Assembly: GCF_009914755.1 (NCBI RefSeq)
Contig: NC_060944.1
Direction: 5' to 3' (one strand)
Source of the DNA: the human T2T-CHM13v2.0 reference genome, Homo sapiens
Length of the DNA: 64,000 nucleotides
A program made the position numbers and the translations under genes. The stretch's first letter is position 1, and every line of letters begins with the position of its first letter. The notes beneath the pieces are model-generated. The model did not search any database, had not been told where the DNA came from, and was given only the letters and a program-made list of their open reading frames with translations. Shown here in pieces: positions 28,998-42,334 of the stretch.

Positions 28998-31520
28998 TGT
29001 GTGTGTGCGTGTGTGTGTGTGTGTGTGTGTGGTGTGGTGTGTGTGTGTGGAGGGAGTGTGAAGGGTGTGTGTGTGCATGCTGTTTGTGTGTGTATGTGTA
29101 GTGTGTGTGTGGTGTGTGTGTGGTATGTGTATGTGTGTGTGGTATGTATGGTGTGTGTATGGTGTGTGGTGTGTATGGAGTGTGTGTGTGTATGGTGTGT
29201 GTGGTGTGTAGGATATGTGGTGTGTATGGTGTGTGGTATGTGTGATGTGTATGTGGTGTGTGTGAGGTATCTATTTGTGGTGTGTGTGGAGTGTATGGTG
29301 TTTGTAGTGTGTGCGTGTCGTGTATATGTGGTGTGTGTGTGCTGCATGGTGTGTGCTGTGTGTGTAGTGTGTATATGGTGTGTAGAGGTGTATGGTATGT
29401 ATGTATGGTGTGTGTGTTTATGTGGCATGTGTGTTGTGCATGATGTGTGTATGGTGTGTGTGTTTGTGTGGTGTGTGTGTTGTGCATGATGTATGTATGG
29501 TGTGTGTGTGGTGTGTGTGATGTGTGTGGGACTATGGTATGTATGGTGTGTGTGTGTGGTGTGTGGTATGTGTGTGTGAGGCATGTATGGTGTGTATGTG
29601 GTGTGTGGTGTGGGTGTGGATGTATGATATGCATGGTGTGTGTGGCATGTGTGGTGTGTGTGTGGTATGTATGTGTGGTGTCTGTGTGACATGTATGGTG
29701 TGTGTGGTGTGTGTGTGGTATGTGGTATGTATGTAGGGTGTGTGATGTGTGTGTGTTGTGTTTGGTGTGTGTGTGCTGTGTGTGGTGTGTGTTTGGTATC
29801 TGTTGTGTGTGTGGTGTGTGTGTGGTATGAGTTTGGTATCTGTTGTGTGTGGGGTATGTATGCTGTTTGGTATGTGCATGTGGTGTGTATGGTGTGTGTG
29901 GTATCTGTATCTGTGGTGTGTATGTGATCTGTGTGGTGTATGTGGCGTGTGTGATGTGTGGTGTGTGTGGTATCTGTATGGTGTGTGTGGTATGCATGTG
30001 TGGTGTGTGTGGGGTGTGTGTGTGATGTGTGTGGTGTGTGTGAGGGGTATCTTTGTGACATCTGTGTTGTGTGTATGTGATCTGTGTGGTGTATGTGGTG
30101 TGTGTGGTGTGTGTGTGGTATCTGTATGATGTGTGTGGTATGCATGTGTGGTGTGTGTGGGGTGTGTGCATGATGTGTGTGGTGTGTGTGAGGGGTAGGG
30201 GTATCTTTGTGGCATCTGTGTGGTGTGTGTGGCATCTGTGTGGTGTGTGGTGTGTGTGTGGTATGTATGGTGTGTGTGTGGTATCTGTGTGGCATGTGGC
30301 ATGTGTGTGGTGTGTATGGTACGTATTGTGTATGGTGTGTGTGATGTGTATGTGTGTTTGGTGGTTCTGTGTGTGGTGTGTATGTGGTATCTGTGTGGCG
30401 TGTGTGGTGTGTGTGTGGCATCTGTGTGGTTTGTGGTGTGCGTGTGGCATGTGTATGGTGCGTATGTGGTGTGTGTATGTTGTGTGTTTGGTGGTTGTGT
30501 GTGGTGTGTGTGTGGTGTGTTTGTGTGTTATGATGTGTGTGAGGTATCTGTGTGGCATGTGTGTGGTGTGTGTGTGATATCAGTGTGGCATGTGTGGTGT
30601 GGGGTATGTATGGTGTGTGTGGTGTGTGTATTTGTGTGGCGTGTGTGGCATGTGTGGCATGTGTGGCGTGTGTGTGGTGTGTGTGGCGTGTATGAAGTGT
30701 GATGTGTGTGGTGTGTTATGTATGGTGTGTGTGGTGTGGGTATGTGGTGTGTGATGTGTGTGGTGTGTGTGTGGTGTGTGTGTGTTTGGTGGTTGTGCTG
30801 TGTGCTGTGTGTTATGTGTGTTTTATGTATGGTGTGTGGTGTGTGTGCGCTGTGTGTTATGTATGGTGTGTGTGGTATGTGTGCTTGTGTTATGTATGGT
30901 GTGGTGTGTGTGTGCGCTGTGTGTGTGTTATGTATGGTGTGTGTGGTATGTGTGCTTGTGTTATGTATGGTGTGTGTGTGTGTAGTGTGTGTGTGTGATG
31001 TGTGGTGTAGGGGGTGGGTGTGTGGTATTATGTGTATGGAGTGGGTGTGTGGTGTGATGTGTGTGGGGTGGGTGTGTGGTGTGATGTGTGTGTGGTGTGG
31101 ATGTGTAGTGTGTGGTGTATGTTATGTATGGTGTCTGGTGTGTGTGCTATGATGTGTGTGATGTGGGTATGTGGTGTGTGTGGTGTGTGATGTGTGGTGT
31201 GTGATGTGTGGTGTGATGCGTATGTGGTGTGTGTGTGCTGTGTGTGATGTGTGTTTGTGGTGTGTTATCTATGGTGTGTGGTGTGTGTGTTATGTATGGT
31301 GTGTGTGGTGCGTGTGTGGTGTGTGAGATGTGTGTGTGGTGTGTTGTGTGTGTGGTGTGTGGTGTGATGTGTGTGTTATGTATGGTGTGTGTGATGTGTG
31401 GTGTGTGATGTGTGGTATGTGGTGTGGTGTGTGTGATGTGTGGTGTGTGTGCTGTGATGTGTGTGTGGTGTCTGTGATGTGTGTGTATGCTGTGTGGTGT
31501 GTGTTTGTGTGCGTTGTGTT
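28998..31520. repeat. ~2.5 kb degenerate (GT)n/(GTGTG)n low-complexity array
   Basis: Almost purely G/T on the + strand with motifs gtgtgtg, gtgtg, gtat, ggtatct; generates spurious His/Thr and Val/Cys ORFs. Confidence 0.97.
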
Positions 31521-33445
31521 ACATCACCTCCCAGATGAATATAAACTCACATGAGTGACAGGCACTGTGACCCAGGAGAGCTAAGAGGAGACCGTAGCTG
31601 TCTTGGTGTCCAGGAGCTGAGACCTGAGAGTGAGGAGGGGTGTGGTGCGGTGCGGGGACAGCACGGAGAGCCATGGGTCACAAGCCTGGAGAGAGCAGCC
31701 AGGAGCTTGGGATGAGGAACAGTCAAGGCTGGCTGCGTGGGCTTCATGGACCACGTGGACTGGTGACAGGAGGAAACTGAGGCTTGGAGCCATGAAGCAG
31801 CCTGCCTAGGCAGGACTGGAAACTTGGTGGCCATGGTTGGGTCCCTGGGGTTGCTGGATGGTCTGCCCTGGCCGCAGCTAGCAAAGCCAGTGGCCATCAC
31901 TGAGTCCAACTCAGGACATTTGAGCAACATTCCTGAGGCCCTGCAGCAAGTAAGAGTGGGGCTGGGCCTCCCCTTCCCAGCCTCTCAGCCTCCTCTTGTG
32001 TGGGTGCATCCCACTGAAAGAAACTAGGCAGCCACAGAAGGTTCCAGAGCAGGGCAGACCTACAATGCTCTCCTGGCCGACCACTCCCCAAGCCTTCCCG
32101 GCACTGGCATGGGGTGTTGGCTGCCTGCCCACTGCTGAGGCTAAGGCCAGAGCTGACTGACCCCTGCCATCTCAGTCTGTGGCCTCACTCTGCTGACACT
32201 GGCCGGGCAGAGACAAAGGCAGTGGGCAGCCTGGGAGGGGGTGGTGTGGCCCACCAGCCCTGTGGCTTTCAGGAACCATTTGCAAGACTGGGTTTGATAA
32301 TGACAAGGCTGGTCCTGGAGGCCAGCGGGAAGGCAGCCTCTCATCCTGAGCCCTTGAGATGCGTCTGGGGGATCAATCACAAAGCGGAAGGTGGGCTCCT
32401 TCCCCATTGACCTCCCCTTCTCAAGCATCTTTTGGCAACAGCCTTCATGGCCTCTGGCCAAGGTGACCATCCCCGCCTCCTACCTGATTTCCTGCTGGTG
32501 CGTCCTCCACGCAGGTTAAGTAACCACATCCAGCTGCTCATGGCCCAGAGCCCTGAATGAGGCCATTGCTGCCCCTGTCACCTGCCTCTGTGCACCTCCA
32601 CAGCCCCCTCCTGCTTTGCCCCCATCACACCCCACCCGCAGCTCACCTGAATGACTGGGCATGCCCAGAACCTTCCATGTCCTCTGGCTTTCCTGCCTTT
32701 GCGTTTACTGTTCCCTTTCCCTGGAAATCCTTCCCCACAGTCTTTGCTTGGTAACTCTGATTTGTTACTTATGGCTCAGCTCAGACCTCCCCTTTCCAGG
32801 AACCCTGCCTTTCCCAACCACATGGGTCACCCTACCCCCACAGCGGACTAGACTGTAAGGGTCTCCCACCGGGCAGAGGCTGGGGCCTGGCACACAGCAG
32901 GGGCACAGCTTGTGAGTGTTACCTGAGCATTGTTGAGCCTGGTAGTCCAGGAAGGGCCTGAGAACAGGTGGGGGTGGAAAGGCAGCCCAGCTCACCAGCC
33001 CGTCCCCTTCAGCAGTGCTCCCAAGCACCCCCTCACAGAGAAGCTGGGTCACCCAGGGGTGCCTTGGACAGCAGCCCAGGCCAGCCCGTCCCATTGCAGC
33101 CCGTCACTCCTCTCCTCCCCAGCCTCTTCTCTGGGGGCCACCTCCTCACCTGGATCTGGCACTAAGGGGGTAACTGAGGCTGGGCAAACAGGGAGCTGGT
33201 TGACCGGCTGCCTGTTTGGCTTGCACACCTACCAGGACTGGCTTTTCAAACTGGGAGAAGCTCAGCTGTTTGAAAATCTTTCTCCAGGATAGGAATAAAC
33301 TTCTTGTTCTTTAAGCCTCTGAAATTTTAGAGTCTATTTATTACTGTAGCCTAGTCTACACTAATATGAATATCTGTTATGTGCCAGAGACTATTCTAGG
33401 CACTAGGGATAATAATGTTAACCTCCAAGGAAGCTACTATGAAAA

Positions 33446-33519
33446 TTTTCTTCCTTTCTCTCCTTCCTTCCTTTCTTTTCCTTCCTTCCTTCCCTCCTTC
33501 CTTCCTTCCTCTCCTTTTT

Positions 33520-33583
<64 letters not shown>

Positions 33584-33790
33584 ATCTTTCTTTCTTTCTT
33601 TCTTTCTTCTTTCCTTCCTTCCTTCCCTCTCTCTTTCTCTCTTTCTTTCCTTCTCTCTTTCTTTCTTTCATTCTTTCTTTCCTCTCGTCTCTTTCTTTCT
33701 CTCTTCTTCCTTCCTTCTTTCTTTTCTTTTCTTCTTTCTTTTCTCCTTTCTTTTCTTTTCTTTTCCTTCTCTTTCTTTTTTTTTTTTTTT
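33446..33790. repeat. Compound (TTCC)n/(TTTC)n polypyrimidine tract (expanded Alu tail)
   Basis: ~345 bp with only a few purines, directly abutting the 3' end of an antisense Alu. Confidence 0.95.
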
Positions 33791-34065
33791 GTCAGAGCTC
33801 TGTTGCCCAGGCCGGAGTACAGTGACATGATCATAGCTCACTGCAGCCTTGAACTTCTGGGATCGAACAATCTTCCTGCCTCAGCCTCTGGAGTAGCCAG
33901 GATTACAGTTGCACATCACCATGCCCAGCTAATTAAAAAAAAAAAAATTTAGAGATGGGGTCTTGCTATGTTGCCCAGGCTGGTCTTGAACTCTTGGCCT
34001 CAAGCAATCCTTCTCTCCAGCCTCCCCAGTTGCTGGTTTTGTGGGCGTGAGCCACCGAGCCCAGC
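33791..34065 (-). mobile_element. Alu (AluJ-type)
   Basis: Antisense dimer; flanks tgaaaattttct / tgagaattttct resemble a TSD. Confidence 0.9.
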
Positions 34066-34344
34066 ACTCTTGTGAGAATTTTCTGAAAACTGACAGGTGA
34101 GCATCTCTAGCTGGGTGCTGCACATAGCTGAGTCAGATCCATTCTTGAGTCCAGCACAGTCATAAAGAGCAGCCACACAGGGCTGGCTGAGGTTGGCAGG
34201 GATGGTCTTCTGGACAGATCAGGGCCACTAAAGAAAAGAGCCCTGGGTGTGCCCAGCCTGGGAGCATGGCCCAGCACAGCCTCTGAAGCCGGCCCTGGTT
34301 CTCTCCAGCCTCTATTCTACCCTGAATCAAGGCTCATCTTCTAT

Positions 34345-34415
34345 ACTCACTACTTATTACTGTGGAACAAATTACCCCAACATTTAGCAGCTTAAAGCAG
34401 TAATAAATGTGTCCT

Positions 34416-34417
<2 letters not shown>
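34345..34417 (-). mobile_element. MLT1 (MaLR LTR) end fragment
   Basis: ttattactgtggaacaaattaccccaacatttagcagcttaaagcag is a typical antisense MLT1 terminus. Confidence 0.6.

Positions 34418-34459
<42 letters not shown>
34418..34459. repeat. (CA)21 perfect microsatellite
   Basis: 42 bp of uninterrupted CA. Confidence 0.97.
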
Positions 34460-34461
<2 letters not shown>

Positions 34462-34700
34462 CTACTCCAGGAGTGACTTTGAGGGCATCCAGTTTACCCT
34501 CATGATGATCAGGTTAGGCAGAGTGATAAGGGCTGTTTCTGGGTAGGTCCTGGGTCACAGCCTGACACCAGCTGTCTCTCCAACATGCCCTGGGGCTCTA
34601 AGCAGAAGGGGCCACTGTCCTCACAGGAGCGGAGGCAAGGCATAGAGAGGAAGAGTGACACTCCTGAGGTCACCCATCCGGCAGCTGGTGGACCCAGGAT

Positions 34701-34974
34701 TGTCTCCCTGTCTCCCAGGCTGAAATGCAGTGGTGCAGTCATGGCTCACTGCAGCCTCCCACTCCTGGGCACAAGTGTTCCTCCCCACTCAGCCTCCCGA
34801 GTAGCTGGGACTACAGGGGTGCACCACTGGACCTGGCTAATTTTTTAAATTTTTTGTAAAGATAGGATCTCGCTTTGCTGCCCAGGCTGGTCTTGAACTC
34901 CTGGCTTCAAGTGATCCTCCCACCTCAACCTCTCAAAGTGCTGGGATTACAGGTGTGGACCACTGCACCCAGCC
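34701..34974 (-). mobile_element. Alu (AluJ-type), tail-less
   Basis: Antisense dimer lacking poly(T). Confidence 0.9.
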
Positions 34975-35165
34975 CTGGCCCAGGATCTTAACCACTGCAC
35001 CCTCCTGCCTTGGGTGAGACAGACGAGGGCAGGGAGGCTCTGGCTGGGTGGGGTCTTCATGCCTGTCTGGAAATGAGGTGTTCATAGCAGTGATTGTTGA
35101 TGACTAGCTGTTCTAATGAGCAGGTTTTTTCTGATTTTGTTTTTCATTACAAGAGCAAAACTGAA

Positions 35166-35760
<595 letters not shown>

Positions 35761-36249
35761 TCTCTCCTGACACCCGCACACCCCCCGGAACCTTCTGGCA
35801 CTCCCTCCCTAGCCTAGCCCAGGGCAGCTCACAGAAGGGCCAGCCTGGGAAAGTGGGCCAAGGGTGAGCACTATGGGCAGAGCCCTGCACAGAGGGCACA
35901 GTGCTTGTCCCCATCTCACAGAGGTGGGAAACCGGGGCCACAGATGACTGGTCCAAAGGCCTCAGGGGTGGAGCGGGGACTGGATCACAGCCTCGTGACT
36001 CACAGTCCAGTGCCTTTCTTGCTGCCCAACTCCTTAGGGATTCTTGGGAGAACTTCAAGGAGCTAAAGAGAATTCTAGGGGCCCCCAGGGCACCTAGGAG
36101 GCCTGGGAGGCAGGTGCTTGGGCCCTCCTCCCCTCACCACCCCAGGCCTCTGTGTGACCCTGTTGGAGTTGCCTCCTTCTCTGTGCCTCTGTCACAGCAA
36201 GGTAGCGGGGAGAGTCTGGAATCTGAAGAACTTGGATTCAAGGCCCCCT

Positions 36250-36605
36250 CCCCCGGGCCTCCCTCTGCGTCCCACTCCCCCGGGCCTCCCTCTGTGTCCC
36301 TCTCCTCCAGGCCTCCCTCTGTGTCCCCCTCTCCCAGGCCTCCCTCTGTGTCCCTCTCCTCCAGGCCTCCCTCTGTGTCCGCCTCCTCCAGGCCTCCCTC
36401 TGTGTCGCATTCCCCTAGGCCCCCCTCTGTGTCTTCCTCTCCCAGGCCCCCCTCTGTGTCTTTCTCTCCCAGGCCCCCCTCTGTGCCCCTCTCCCCCGGG
36501 CCTCCCTCTGTGTCCCCCTCCTCCAGGCCCCCCTCTGTGTCTCCCTCTCCCAGGCCTCCCTTTATCCCCTCCTCTAAGCCCTCCTCTGTGTCCCCCTTCC
36601 CCAGC
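36250..36605. repeat. 27-bp minisatellite (VNTR), 12 phased unit starts plus a degenerate end
   Basis: Unit ~ggcc(t/c)ccctctgtgtccc(c/t)ctc(c/t)(t/c)cca starting at 36256, 36283, 36310 ... 36553 (exact 27-bp period). Confidence 0.95.
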
Positions 36606-37254
36606 CCCACCCCGTGTCCCCTCCCTCCTCTGCTGTCCTGGTTTGTGCCTGGCCGACATTCAAGGTGGCAGCTTTGGGGTGGGAGCTCAGGCAATGGGAA
36701 CCATGCTTGGAGGGGCCCAGCCAGGCCCACACTGACCCTTGCCCTGGTGGACTCCCTCTGCCAGGGCAGGTGGCAGTGGGGCTGTGGGGCTGTGAGTGGG
36801 GGCTCTGGTTCTCCCCACGCTGCAGGCCTGCGTCATGCCCCCCACTCCCTTGCTGCATGCCCTGCATTGGAAAGCAGATATATTTAGACGAAATGCTGTG
36901 TTCCAGACAGATTCTGCATCCACTGTACTTGTCAGGGCTGGGGGAGGCAGGGCCTGTGAGCAGCCACACCTGGTACCTGGAGTCTGGGCCCCCCTGAGCC
37001 CTTTGCCCACCTGCCTGGGACCTCTGGGGGCTGCTGACTGGGTGAGGGGGACACTGATGAGACAGAGGCCTGGCCCTCTACCGACTTTGGACGGGTCTCC
37101 CTCTGCACCCTCTCTGCCGCCTAAGGCCACATCTCTCTAACTCTTTACCTCCAAGTCACAGCCAAATCAGTCCTTGGCTCCCTGTCTGCCCCCAGCTTCC
37201 TCTGAATCCCCGAACCCTCCTGTACCCCTTCCAGGACTCAGCACTTTGTCCCCT

Positions 37255-37740
37255 GTGTAGTCAGTCAGCAAACGAGGATTTGAGCCTGCTGCGGGCCAGG
37301 TCCTTGCTGGATGTAGGACCTGGAGATGAAGGCCCTCAAAGGAGCCACATCACAGTCTAGGAGCGGGATCATAGACCACAAAGACAACAGCAGGTACCCG
37401 CATGGCAGCAGGAAGCCCTAGGGCAAGGGCACCCATGCTGGGGTGATGGTCAGGGAAGGCTTCTCGGAGGAGGGAGTGGTCCAAGCTGACACCCGTTGGT
37501 TAAGTGAGAGTGAGCCCACACCTGGAGACGAAACAGGCATTCCTGGCAGAGGGAACAGCACGTGCAAAGGGCTGGGGTTGAGGGAAGACCTGGCTGCACA
37601 TGGGAGAATAGGGAGCAAGAAGACGGGCAGGGATGGGGTCTTTCAGAGCCTCAAGTGCCAGGCTGAGGGCCTCGGCTGCCCCATGGGCCCTGGAGGGCTG
37701 CGGGGGAGTTTCCAGCAAGGCAGTGGCCAGGTCTGATGTG
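37255..37740 (-). mobile_element. L2 fragment
   Basis: ggtcagggaaggcttctcggagg...ggcattcctggcagagggaacagcacgtgcaaagg. Confidence 0.7.
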
Positions 37741-38224
37741 AGCATAGCTGGGGCAGCTGGTCATTGGTTCCACAGCCACTCGCCAGGCTGGCCCCGGCTT
37801 CCACCTCGGATGTGCTCTGCCCAGCCTGGTGGGAATCAGAAATAGCTCACACGTGCTCAGCGCCTGGTGAGGCGCTCGCCCGCCTCAGCGCGTTTCATCT
37901 GCGCCCGAGTCTAGGAGGGCTCAGTGCTTGTGAGCTGGGTGACCTTCTCACTCCTACTTATTAATATGCCACCCACTGGGGCTGTAGGCAGAGTTGGGAG
38001 AACGAGCATGGGGAGGGAGCGAGGAGGGGGAAAGGTGGGGGTCCCAGGGTGGGAAATGCTGAGGGCTTGGAAATGGTACCTGCCCACCAGAACAATATGC
38101 AGCAGATAAAACCCAAAGTATAGAGACAAATATACAGATCCCCCTCGATCTACCTGCAGTGGTGACCACATTTTGATGCCGACCTTCCAGAGGTTTCTCC
38201 AAGTCTGTCTGCTGTGGCAGATAG

Positions 38225-38680
38225 ATTCATTCATTCATTCAACAAATATTTGTTGAGTGCCCACTTGATGCCAGACCCTGTGGTGGGCAGAGGGGACATG
38301 GCTCTGAGTGAAAGGGACTCTCCTGGCCCTTAGGGAACTCAAAAAGCAGGTAAAACAGTGATGAGGCCCACGGAGGAGGGTCACAGGAACATGGGCCCTG
38401 ACTGGAGTCACAAAGGCTTCCTGGAGGAGGTGACACTTGAACTGAGACCTAAGGGATGAGGAGAAGTTGCCCCAGCAAAGAGGAGCAGAAGAAAACATTC
38501 CAGCAGAGGGAACTGCAAATGTGCAAACCCCGGGGTGTGAGGAAGGTGGGGTTTTCAGGGAAGAGGAAGGAAGATGGTGAGGCTGGAGTGTTGGGATGTG
38601 GAGGGAGGACAGGTGAAGCACTAGAGGATGGCGGGGGCCAGACGGTATGGGGCCTTCTGCACTGTGGTCAGGGTTTGGGG
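38225..38680 (-). mobile_element. L2 3' end
   Basis: ttcattcattcattcaacaaatatttgttgagtgccc...ggcttcctggaggaggtgacacttgaactgag. Confidence 0.8.
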
Positions 38681-38689
38681 ATTTACATA

Positions 38690-38920
38690 AGAGCGTGGGT
38701 TGTGGCGCCAGAAGGTCTAGATGCAAATCCAGCTCTGCTGCTTATTAGGGGCTTGACTTCAGCAAGTTACCTAACTTCTCTGTGCCTCAGTCCCCTCATC
38801 TGTAAAGTAGGGGCAGTGATGGTCCCTGCCTCATAAGACTGTTGTGAGGATGAAGTGAGGTAATAAAGTGCGTAGGACAGCACGTGGCACACAGCAAGTG
38901 CTTATAAATGGTAGCTCATA
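38690..38920 (+). mobile_element. MIR, near full length
   Basis: caagttacctaacttctctgtgcctcagtcccctcatctgtaaa...gttgtgaggatgaagtgag. Confidence 0.85.
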
Positions 38921-39175
38921 TAATGTCACAGTCATCTGTAGATGGAGGGCATCTGTGCAGATGACTTTGCAATAGGGTCACATTAGTCCTGCTCATCTGC
39001 AGCTACTTCTTCCCTTGATGCTGGCCATCCTCCTGAGTCAGTGACTACCGAGTATTATTCTATTTGAAATTTCTGAGTTGTAGTATAGCACGTGTTGTAG
39101 AGTGTACTAATCTTAAGCAGATAGTATAGCTTGATATATGTGTATATCTCACCCTTGTAACTACCACTAAGGTCA

Positions 39176-39504
<329 letters not shown>

Positions 39505-39975
39505 GATATAGGATATCTCCAGCTATACCAAAAGGCTCTGTCTTGCCTTTTCCAATTAATTCCCCACCTCCCTTCCCCAGGGGCAACCAATATTCTGACT
39601 CCTAAAGCCATAGCTTTGTTTTGTCTTTTTCACACCTTCACATAAACAACATCATGCAGATTGTCTCTTTTGTGCTAACTTCTTTTGCTCCTCACTTTGT
39701 CAATGAGATTCATCATGGCTGTTGTGTGTATTGGTAAGTTTTCTTTTATATTGCTGCCTAGTATTCCACTTAGCGAATATGTCATACGTTATCCATTCTA
39801 TTGTTGATAGACTTTTGGAATATTTCTAGTTTTTGACTATATGGATAGTGCTGCTTTGAGCTTTCTCATAGAAGTCTTTTGGGAAACTTTTGCGGTTATT
39901 TCTGTTGGTTATATACCGAGTGGAGTTTATTTATTCTGTGGGTTGTCTCTTCACTTTTTTGATAGTGCCTTACAG

Positions 39976-40288
39976 CAGGGATCCCCAACCTTTTTGGCAC
40001 CAGGGACTGGTTTCATGGAAGACAAGTTTTGGGATGAAACTGTTTCACCTCAGATCATCAGGCATTAGTTAGATTCCCATAAGGGGCATGTAACCTAGAT
40101 CCCCCGCATGCGTAGTTCACAGTAGGATTCGTACTCCTGTGAGAATCTAATGCCACCGCTGATCTGACAGGAGGAGGAGCTCAGGCGGTAAAGCTGGCTT
40201 GCCTGCTGCTCACCTCCTGCTCTGCAGCCCAGTTCCTAACAGGCCACAGACTGGTACAGGTCCATGGCCCAGGAATTGGGGACCCATG
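39976..40288. mobile_element. MER1B hAT-Charlie DNA transposon
   Basis: TIRs cagggatccccaac / ttggggacccatg; 8-bp TSD ccttacag / ctttatag. Confidence 0.9.
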
Positions 40289-40445
40289 CTTTATAGCACA
40301 AAAGTTTTAAACTTTGATGAAGTCCAATTCATCTATTTTTTTTCTTTGGGTGTATTTTCTTTTGGTGTCATATCTAAGAAACAGTTGCCTAATTCAAGGG
40401 CATGAATATTTATGCCTGTGTTTTCTTCTAAGAGCTTTATAGTTC

Positions 40446-40740
40446 AGCTGGGCACGGTGGCTCATACCTGTGATCCCAGTACTTTGGGAGGCTGAGATGG
40501 GAGGATCATTTGAGGTCAGGAGTTTGAAACCAGCCTGGCCAACATGGTAAAACCTCACCTCTACTAAAAATACAAAAATTAGCTGGGTGTGGTGGCGGGC
40601 ACCTGTAGTCCCAGCTACTAGGGAGGCAGAGGCAGGAGAATCACTTGAACCCGGGAGGCAGAGGTTTCAGTGAGCCGAGATTGCACCACTGTACTCCAGC
40701 CTGGGGAACAGAGTGAGACTCTGTCAAAAGAAAAACAAAA
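40446..40740 (+). mobile_element. Alu (AluS-type)
   Basis: Full dimer; TSD aagagct(t/c)tatagttc. Confidence 0.95.
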
Positions 40741-42020
40741 AGAGCTCTATAGTTCTAGCTCTTACATTTAGGTCTTTGATCCATTTTGAGTTATTTTTTT
40801 GTGCCTGGTGTGAGGTAGGGGTCAAATTTAATTATTTTGCATGTGAACAATAAGTTGTGCTGGCACCATTTGTTGAAAGGACTGTTCTTTCTCCATTGAA
40901 TGGTCTTGGCACCCCTTTCGAAAATCAATTAACCATAAATGTGAGATTTGTTGTTGTAGTTGTTTGTAGATCCTCAGTTCTGTTCCATTGATCTATCCTT
41001 ATGACAGTTCCACATTGACTTGATTATTGTAGCTTTGTAATAAGTTTCGAAACTTATTATCTTTTAATATCTGTAGACTCTGTAGTGATGTGACCTGTTT
41101 CATTCCTGATATTTGTAATATGTGTCTGATCTTTCTTTCTCATTTTTAATTTTTGATCAGACTGGGTACATATTTTTCAATGGTATTGATCTTTTTGAAG
41201 GACAGCTTTTGGTGTCACTGATTTTTTCTTATTGTTTGTTTTCTCTTTTATTGATTTGCTGTTCTGATGCTATTTTCTTTCTCCCACTTAGTTCAGGGTT
41301 AATTTGTTTTTCTTTTTCTAGTTTTGTTTTTTTTAAGGTAAAAGCAGAGGTCATTAATCTTAAAGCTTTTGTCTTCATGAATATAGGCATTTAGTGCTAT
41401 AAAGTTTCCTCTAAGTACTGCTTTAGCAGCACCCCACACATTTTGATATATTATATTTTCATTTTTATTCAGTTCATAGTACTTTCTAGTTTCCCTTTTG
41501 CTTCCCTCTTTGACCCATGGGTTTTTTAGAAATGTGTTATCTAATTTCCAAATATTTGAGGATTTTTCAGGGATCTTTCTGTTAATTGTTTTTAGTTTAA
41601 TTCCACTGAGATTATATAACATATTTTGCATAACTTTAATCTTCTAAAATGTATTGAGACTTGTTTAATGGCCCAGAATCTGGTCCATCTTGGTAAATGT
41701 TCCATGAAAAGAGTATGTATTCTGTTGTTAGGGGATGGAGTGTTCTATAAATGTCGGGTCAAGTTGGTTGATAATTTTCAAATCTTCTGTATCCTTATTT
41801 ATTTTCTGTTCACTTGCTCTACCAATTATTGAGAGAGAGCTATAGACATCTCTGACTATAATTGGAGATTTGCCTATTTCTCCTTACATTCCTATCACTT
41901 TTTGCTTTATGTATTTTAAAGCTTTGTTATTCAATACATACATATTTAGGATCATCATTCCTGTTGTTGCATTGACCTGTTTATCATTATGAAGTGATTT
42001 TATAATATTACAAAATATAC

Positions 42021-42334
<314 letters not shown>

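Noticed and set aside
28684-30558. 624-aa His/Thr/Pro-rich ORF and overlapping 502-aa and Val/Cys ORFs
   Set aside because: Translation of the (CA)n/(GT)n low-complexity array, which is stop-poor by composition; no exon structure.
33366-33834. Phe/Ser/Leu 'membrane' ORFs and a Lys/Glu/Arg ORF
   Set aside because: Translation of the (TTTC)n tract.
36250-36605. CRISPR-like regular spacing
   Set aside because: Contiguous tandem units with no unique spacers; human DNA; no cas genes.
35901-36887. 328-aa Pro/Ser-rich extensin-like ORF, and acidic or Gly-Arg ORFs in other frames
   Set aside because: Produced by a 27-bp minisatellite open in several frames; starts within a MIR.
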